A stretch of DNA of 17,389 bases from Candidatus Krumholzibacteriia bacterium (GTDB taxonomy: Bacteria; Krumholzibacteriota; Krumholzibacteriia; LZORAL124-64-63). Under the pieces are notes generated by a model, which was given only the letters and a program-made list of their open reading frames with translations, had not been told where the DNA came from and did no database searches. The DNA lies in contig JAWOID010000137.1 in NCBI GenBank assembly GCA_046484865.1, positions 1 through 17,389 on the forward strand. The letters run 5' to 3'. Of the stretch, positions 7,728 to 17,389 are shown piece by piece; the stretch's first letter is position 1, and the number at the start of each line of letters is the position of its first letter. A program made the translations under genes and the position numbers.

Positions 7728-7829
7728 GATCGTGTCAGGAGTCCGGTCGCGCCGCGACAGCGCCGCGTCTCTGCGGCTGAATTGATCCCATCAGGCGCGT
7801 CCCACGCCGGCCACGAACAGCGGCGGCAT

Positions 7830-8996
7830 TCACCGGGTGCAGCTGCACCTCGCAACCAGGCCATGGTACCACGCCTCCAGTTGCTCCACCATGCGGCCGG
7901 CGGTGAAGCTCTGCTCCACCCGCCGCCTTCCCGAATCTCCCCAGCCTACCCCGAGCGCAGGATCCGTCAAGACCTCGTCCAGCGCCGCCCGCAGAGCGGC
8001 CGGATCCCCCGGCGGCACGTGGCGGCCGGTGACGCCGTCCACGGTGACGCCGGCGACGCCCGTGTCCACCCGGCTCACGATGACCGGGAGTCCCGCAGCC
8101 ATGGCCTCGATCTGCACCAGGCCGAAGGTCTCGCTGCGGTCGCGACTCGGCAGGACGAGGGCCCGCGCCGACCACATCCGGCGGGCCAGGTCGGTCCCGT
8201 CCAGCGCTCCGAGCAGCACGATGCGATCCTGCCAGCCCCGCGCCTCGATGCGCGTGCGGAGTTCCTCGCCCAGGGGTCCGTCGCCCACCACCTCCAGCCG
8301 CGCCGACGGGAGCTCGCCGACGGCGTCCACCAGCAGGTCCACGCCCTTGTAGGGAACCAGCCGGCCCACGAACAGGAACGGCGCGTCGGCGGCCGGTGGC
8401 GGCCGCCGCGCCGGCCGATCGCTCGGCGCCCAGGCCGCCGGATCGATGCCGAAGGGGATGACCGTCGTCTTGGCGCGGTGCGGCGCCAGCAGCGGCGACC
8501 CGTCTCGCAGGGCGACCGACGAGACGCTGATCCCATCGCAGCGCGCCAGGCAGCTCCGGACCAGCGGTGTCACGCAGCGCCCGCCGAGGCGCTGGCGGAC
8601 GATGTCGGCGTGGTGCCAGACGGCGAAGACAGGCCCCCCGCGGCCGTTGCCGGCGGCGCCCACCACGAGCCACGCCGCCGCGGCCAGCGGGTTCGGGAGA
8701 TGCAGGTGGACGACATGCGGGCGGAACCGCCGCAACTCCCGCGCGAGGACGGCAGGCAGCGACGGCGTGAGCGGCTGCGAGGCCGCCACCCCGAGCCGGG
8801 CCACCCGCACCAGCGTCCCGGGCGGGCCGTTTCCGCGGCCGGGCAACGCTTCGCGCCGGTCCAGCATGCCGGTGCCCGACACCACGGCCGTGACCTCGTG
8901 CCCGCGCGCGAGCAATCCCTCGCAGAGCAGGCGCAGGACGGTCTCCATGCCGCCGAGCTGCGGCGGGTAGTACTTGCCGACGTGCAGGATGCGCAT
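7830..8996 (-). CDS. Glycosyltransferase family 4 (GT-B fold), about 388 aa
   Basis: MRILHVGKYYPP..GGME, HLHLPNP, FVGRLVPYKG, GDGPL, and the EX7E motif ETFGLVQIEAMAAG.PV. Confidence 0.93.
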   Translation of the reverse strand: MRILHVGKYYPPQLGGMETVLRLLCEGLLARGHEVTAVVSGTGMLDRREALPGRGNGPPGTLVRVARLGVAASQPLTPSLPAVLARELRRFRPHVVHLHLPNPLAAAAWLVVGAAGNGRGGPVFAVWHHADIVRQRLGGRCVTPLVRSCLARCDGISVSSVALRDGSPLLAPHRAKTTVIPFGIDPAAWAPSDRPARRPPPAADAPFLFVGRLVPYKGVDLLVDAVGELPSARLEVVGDGPLGEELRTRIEARGWQDRIVLLGALDGTDLARRMWSARALVLPSRDRSETFGLVQIEAMAAGLPVIVSRVDTGVAGVTVDGVTGRHVPPGDPAALRAALDEVLTDPALGVGWGDSGRRRVEQSFTAGRMVEQLEAWYHGLVARCSCTR

Positions 8997-9002
8997 GGCG
9001 GG

Positions 9003-9031
9003 ACTGTACGCCACGGGAGGCGGCGAGCCAA
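9003..9031 (-). promoter_or_regulatory. Putative sigma70 promoter for the GT4 gene (leaderless geometry)
   Basis: Minus strand TTGGCT-N17-TACAGT-CCCGCC-ATG. No SD sequence. Confidence 0.55.
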
Positions 9032-9162
9032 CGGGAGCTTGCGCAGAACGCACCGCGGCCCGGGACGGGCCGTCGCGGTCAGAACAGCGCGGTCAGGCCG
9101 AGCCCGACCCCCTCGGACCCGAGCGACCACGAGCGCGAGGTCTCCTCGGTCGCCCACGAGAC

Positions 9163-9198
9163 GAGGCCGCCCCTCCCCGCGAGGGAAGGGGCGGCCTC
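9163..9198 (-). terminator. Hairpin terminator after groEL
   Basis: GAGGCCGCCCCT (9163-9174) / AGGGGCGGCCTC (9187-9198), extendable inward around a 4-nt loop, about 43 nt after the groEL stop. U-tract is weak. Confidence 0.7.
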
Positions 9199-9241
9199 TT
9201 CGTCGAGCGGGCACGACCGCCGGGCGGCCGTACGGCGCGGA

Positions 9242-11446
<2,205 letters not shown>

Positions 11447-11589
11447 TTACGTTGCTCGTATGTCAGGATGCTCGCTCGGAACCCGGCACTCGTCGCGACA
11501 GCGGCGCCGGGCCGAACCCTCGCGGCGGACCCGATTGCCGGACCGTGTCACCGAGGACCACCGCGGTCCGTCCGGCCTCGCCTGTCTCG

Positions 11590-12384
11590 CTAGCTCTCCC
11601 CCGCCAGCATCTGTCGCGCCGCCGCTGCGGCCCCGCGCAGGGTCCAGAACGGGTCGACGAGGTCGCCGTCTCCGGCCACGTGCGCGGCCAGCCCCCCCGT
11701 GAAGATCACCGGCGGACTGCCGAGGCTGCGCCGCAGTTCCGCCAGCGTGCCGAGGACCCCCTGCCGGCCCACGTGGTAGCAGCCGGCGCGGATGGCGGTG
11801 GCCGTGTCGCGGGCAGGCTGCAATGGTACCGGACCGAAGGGCTGGGGCTCGAGCCGGGCGGCCCGGGCGGTGAGCGCCGAGGCGGCCAGCGCCATGCCCG
11901 GGGCGATGAGTCCGCCGACGAAGGCACCGCCTTGCACGACGTCGAAGGTGGTGGCTGTGCCGGCGTCCACCACGATCGCGTCGGCGAGCCCGCCCGCCAC
12001 CGCAGCGGCGGCGTTGCAGAGGCGGTCCGCGCCGACGGTCGAGGGCTCCTGCACCGCCAGCGGGAACGGCCACGGCAGCGTGTGGTCGATCCGTAGCAGC
12101 CGCGACAGAGCCGCGGTGAACGGTGCATCCAGCGACGGCACCACCGACACCAGTGCCACGGGTGCGCCGGCGCGCACCTCCGGCAGGGACGCCAGTTCCT
12201 GGGCCAGCTCGTGAGCGGCGTCCGGCGCGACGGGAGTGGCGGCGACCAGGAGCAGACGCAGGTCGTGCAGACCCGGGGCGGCCGCGCCCGACTGCAGGAC
12301 GGCGGCGGGCTCCTCCACGGCAGCGCCCGTGGTCAGCGCCGCCGTGACTCGCGAGTTCCCGACATTGAGGACGACGATCTTCAC
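11590..12384 (-). CDS. coaX: Type III pantothenate kinase, about 264 aa
   Basis: GTG start with GGGAG SD. IVVLNVGNS, SVVP, VGADR, IVVDAGTATTFD, GGLIAPG, TGG. Follows birA as is usual. Confidence 0.92.
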   Translation of the reverse strand: MKIVVLNVGNSRVTAALTTGAAVEEPAAVLQSGAAAPGLHDLRLLLVAATPVAPDAAHELAQELASLPEVRAGAPVALVSVVPSLDAPFTAALSRLLRIDHTLPWPFPLAVQEPSTVGADRLCNAAAAVAGGLADAIVVDAGTATTFDVVQGGAFVGGLIAPGMALAASALTARAARLEPQPFGPVPLQPARDTATAIRAGCYHVGRQGVLGTLAELRRSLGSPPVIFTGGLAAHVAGDGDLVDPFWTLRGAAAAARQMLAGES

Positions 12385-12427
12385 GAACGTTCTCCCGGGC
12401 GTCCGACCGGCGGCCGCCGCATCCGGC

Positions 12428-13351
12428 TCACGAGCGGTCGGTGCCGGAGGAGTCGACCGGCTGCGCGACCAGGTGCACCTCGCCGGCATGGTACCTGCGC
12501 TCGCTGCCGCCCACCGCGACCACGAGCGCACCCTGGTGATCGATGCCTGCGACCTTGCCGGTGACCCGCCCGCCGGCCACGTCCAGCGCGACCCAGCGGC
12601 CGGCCAGGACATCGCAGTCGGCGAGCAGGGTCCGGAAAGGTCCCCAGCCTCGGTGCGCGAAGGTGCCCAGCCAGCGGTCGATCGTCCGGAGGATCGGTCC
12701 GATGACCTCGGCGGGCCGCGGGACCCGACCTGTCTCGAGACGCATGCTCGTGGTGCGCCCCTGCAGTTCCGCCGGGAAGTCGGCCGGTCCAGCGGACAGG
12801 TTCAGTCCGAGGCCGGCCACCACCAGTCCGCGTTCCTCGCCGCCGACACGGTCCACCAGCAAACCACCGAGCTTGCGGCCGCCCACCAGCACGTCGTTCG
12901 GCCACTTGAGCATGGCGTCGAGTTCGTGATCCTCGCGCAGGCTCCACACCACCATCAGGCCGAGCCACACCGAAAAGCCGTGCACGAAGTCGGCGCGCCG
13001 ATTCGGCACCACCGACGATACCTGCAGCCCGCCGCAGTCGAACCAGCGCCGGCCCAGGCGGCCGCGGCCGGCGGTCTGCCGGCGGGACGCCACCAGGTCG
13101 CCCACCCGCGGGTCGTCCACCGGCGACAGCCGCTGCAGCGACTGCGCGCGCCAGCCCCATCCGTCCCAGTCGGCGCGGCGACCCACGGCGGCGGCGCCAC
13201 GCCCCAGCAGGAAGTCGCTGGTGCTGCCCACCTCCTCCAGCAGATAGCAGCGGGCCCCCGCCCGCAGGAAGCGCGGGCCGGGCCGGAAGGTCTCGAGGCC
13301 GAACCAGTCGCGCCGGGTGGCGCGCTCGGCAGCGCTTTCCCGGCCCTTCAC
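12428..13351 (-). CDS. birA: Biotin--[acetyl-CoA carboxylase] ligase without an evident N-terminal HTH, about 307 aa
   Basis: EEVGSTS, QTAGRGRLGRRW, LKWPNDV, RKLGGLL, GLGLN, and C-terminal G...GID..GAL.V...AGEV. GTG overlaps the nadC stop (GTGA). Confidence 0.92.
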   Translation of the reverse strand: MKGRESAAERATRRDWFGLETFRPGPRFLRAGARCYLLEEVGSTSDFLLGRGAAAVGRRADWDGWGWRAQSLQRLSPVDDPRVGDLVASRRQTAGRGRLGRRWFDCGGLQVSSVVPNRRADFVHGFSVWLGLMVVWSLREDHELDAMLKWPNDVLVGGRKLGGLLVDRVGGEERGLVVAGLGLNLSAGPADFPAELQGRTTSMRLETGRVPRPAEVIGPILRTIDRWLGTFAHRGWGPFRTLLADCDVLAGRWVALDVAGGRVTGKVAGIDHQGALVVAVGGSERRYHAGEVHLVAQPVDSSGTDRS

Positions 13352-14261
13352 CCCGGCGACCTCCCCGTGTCTCGATCGCCGGCCGGCTCCAGTTCGAGAT
13401 CGAGCCCCAGGTCGAGTGCCGGAGCCGAGTGCGTGAGCCTGCCGACCGACACGGCGTCGACGCCCGCCTCGGCGTAGGCACGGACCGACGCCAGATCCAC
13501 GTTGCCGGACGCCTCGAGCCGGGTGCCGTGCACGCCGAGCCTCGCCCGCATGGCCACCGCTGTTGCCGCCTGTTCGGGGGTGAAGTTGTCCAGCAGCACC
13601 CACTCCACCTGCAGCGGCAACACCCGTGCTAGCTGGTCGAGAGTGTCCACCTCCACTTCCACGTCGAGGACGGGGTAGCGCTGCCGCGCCGCGCGCACCA
13701 GCACGTCGATGTCCCGGCCGGCCGCGATCCAGTGATTGTCCTTGAACATCACGCGGTCGTACAGGCCCAGACGGTGATTGCGGCCTCCGCCGCAGCACAC
13801 GGCGTACTTGGCCAGGTGGCGGTAGCCGGGCACGGTCTTGCGCGTATCGAGCACGGCACACCCGGTCCCCGCTGCCGCGGCCACGTAGCGGGCGGTGAGA
13901 GTGGCGATCCCGCTGAGGTGCTGGAGGAAGTTCAGAGCCATCCGCTCGCCGGTCAGGATCGGCCCCGCCGGTCCGCCGATCTCCGCCACCAGGTCTCCGG
14001 GCCGCACGGCCGCACCGTCGGTGCGCACAGGCGTGACCCGCACGCCGTCGTCGAGTCGCGCGTAGATCCGCGCCAGCAAGGGCACGCCCGCCAGGACGCC
14101 CTCGGCGCGCGCCACCAGCCGGGCGCGCGCCAGCCGATCGGGGGGCACGGCCAGCGAGGTGGAGACGTCGCCGCCGCCCACGTCCTCCAGCAGCGCCTGG
14201 TCGAGCAGGCACTCGAGCCAGGCATCCTCCGACAGGAGCGGAGGCTTCGTGTCGCCGGCAT

Positions 14262-14265
<4 letters not shown>
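13348..14265 (-). CDS. nadC: Quinolinate phosphoribosyltransferase (nicotinate-nucleotide pyrophosphorylase), 305 aa
   Basis: ALLEDV..GDVST, ER.ALNFLQHLSGIAT, DTRKT.PG, NHRLGLYD..M.KDNH, EVEV, LLDN, EASG, SVGRLTHS..ALD. ATGA overlap with the uvrB stop. Confidence 0.97.
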
Positions 14266-16292
<2,027 letters not shown>

Positions 16293-16293
16293 C

Positions 16294-16881
16294 TCATGAC
16301 CCCGGCCCGCCGCCCGGGGCGACGGCCGCCGTGTCGGCGGCGGCGGGCGCCGCACCGATCGTGTCGGCGGCATCGGCGGCGAGGGTGTCGGCGGGCGAGG
16401 CCCCCCGCGTCCACACCGCGGTCGTATCCGGCAGCAGCGATTGCTCGCCGCCGGCAGGCGGCGCAGCCCCCTGCCGTTCCCACAGCCAGAACGCCACGGC
16501 CACCACCACGATCACCAGCACGGCCGGCAGCACGTATCGCGCGAGCAGGCGTCCGTAGGAGATCCCCACCGGGCGGACGGCCGTGGTTTCCTCCTGCCAG
16601 ACCTGCTCCTCCGCATCCCCGATCTCGCCCCGCCCGGCGTGCCGTTCGTAGAGCCCGACCACCTCCTGGGGATCCAGTCCCAGGGCCACCGCGTACGTGC
16701 GCAGGAAGCTGCGGGCATACAGCGGTCCGGAGACCCGGTGGTACTCGTCGTGCTCGAGCGCCTGCAACAGCCGCGGGGCGATCTTGGTCTCCTCGGCCAT
16801 CTGCTCCAGCGAAGCGCCGCGGTCGCGGCGCGCCTGCGCGAGCCGCTCGCCCGGAGTCCGCATCTCGGGTAGATCTGCCAT
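16294..16881 (-). CDS. RodZ-like helix-turn-helix membrane protein, 195 aa
   Basis: GERL..AR..RG.SLEQ.AEETKI....L.ALE...Y.......Y.RSFLR.YA..LGLD is a RodZ-type HTH. One TM helix (VLPAVLVIVVVAVAFWLW). SD GGAGGT. Confidence 0.88.
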   Translation of the reverse strand: MADLPEMRTPGERLAQARRDRGASLEQMAEETKIAPRLLQALEHDEYHRVSGPLYARSFLRTYAVALGLDPQEVVGLYERHAGRGEIGDAEEQVWQEETTAVRPVGISYGRLLARYVLPAVLVIVVVAVAFWLWERQGAAPPAGGEQSLLPDTTAVWTRGASPADTLAADAADTIGAAPAAADTAAVAPGGGPGS

Positions 16882-16911
16882 GCCCCCACCTCCGTTGCCC
16901 TCGCGGGCGCG

Positions 16912-17388
16912 TCAGTCCAGGGCGGCCAGGCGCTCACGCAGCGTCCGGGCGCGCAGCTCGTTCTCCTCCAGCAGCTCGCGCTGCTTCGCCACCACCTCGG
17001 CGGGCGCGTTGCTCACGAAGCTCTCGTTCGCGAGCTTGCGCCGGCAGCCGGTCACCCAGCCCTCGACCCTGGCCAGTTCCTTGCCGAGGCGCTCACGCTC
17101 GCGGACGAGGTCCACGAGACCGGCCATCGGCAGGAAGACCTGCACGGTGCCGGCCAGGCCCACGCCCGCCGGGTGCGGATCCTCGCCGCCCGCGACGACC
17201 TCCACGGCCTCGAGCTTGGCGAGGAGCGCCACAAGCCCCGCATCGGCCGCCAGTTCGCTTCCCTGCGTCGCGTCGGCCGGCCGCAGCAGTGCGCGGCCGC
17301 GCCTGCCGGGCGCCACTCCCAGCTCGCTGCGCAGGTTGCGCAGCACCTGGACGACGTCTATCACGCGGGCGAAGCGCGCGGTCTCCCG
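16912..17388 (-). CDS. valS: Valine--tRNA ligase, C-terminal part (5' end outside the window)
   Basis: LRNLRSELGV.PG, and the coiled-coil tRNA-binding arm LPMAGLVDL..ERERL.KEL.......KL.NE.FV.NAPAEVV.K. Confidence 0.93.
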   Translation of the reverse strand, partial: RETARFARVIDVVQVLRNLRSELGVAPGRRGRALLRPADATQGSELAADAGLVALLAKLEAVEVVAGGEDPHPAGVGLAGTVQVFLPMAGLVDLVRERERLGKELARVEGWVTGCRRKLANESFVSNAPAEVVAKQRELLEENELRARTLRERLAALD

Positions 17389-17389
17389 G

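Noticed and set aside
7728..7829. Possible Moco/tungsten riboswitch upstream of yqeC
   Set aside because: The gap is only about 100 nt and I could not recognise the conserved riboswitch elements. An Rfam search would be needed.

Overview
Very GC-rich bacterial chromosomal window. All supportable genes lie on the minus strand; the many plus-strand ORFs are antisense shadows. In transcription order (right to left): valS (3' part) - rodZ-like HTH/TM protein - uvrB - nadC - birA-type biotin ligase - coaX | CIRCE-groES-groEL | GT4 glycosyltransferase | yqeC - degenerate MocA-like nucleotidyltransferase - xdhC | secreted Cys-containing TPR protein | dapL-type aminotransferase - folB - folK - deoxynucleoside kinase - panB (truncated at the window edge). 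It is mostly a housekeeping and cofactor region (NAD, biotin, CoA, folate, Moco/Se). I saw no mobile element, CRISPR array, tRNA or rRNA. The most unusual items are: (1) a yqeC / apparently inactive MocA-like / xdhC triplet with no hydroxylase, yqeB or selD in the window; (2) an Asp->Asn change in the first catalytic motif of CoaX; (3) a Trp-rich insertion in the biotin ligase; (4) a short RodZ whose outer tail has four D-T-[T/L/I/A] motifs; (5) a structured coaX-groES intergenic region with a possible divergent promoter; (6) a probably leaderless GT4 gene; (7) a fold-back inversion at bases 1-46 that is probably a contig-end artefact. All assignments come from motif recognition by eye; no searches were run.
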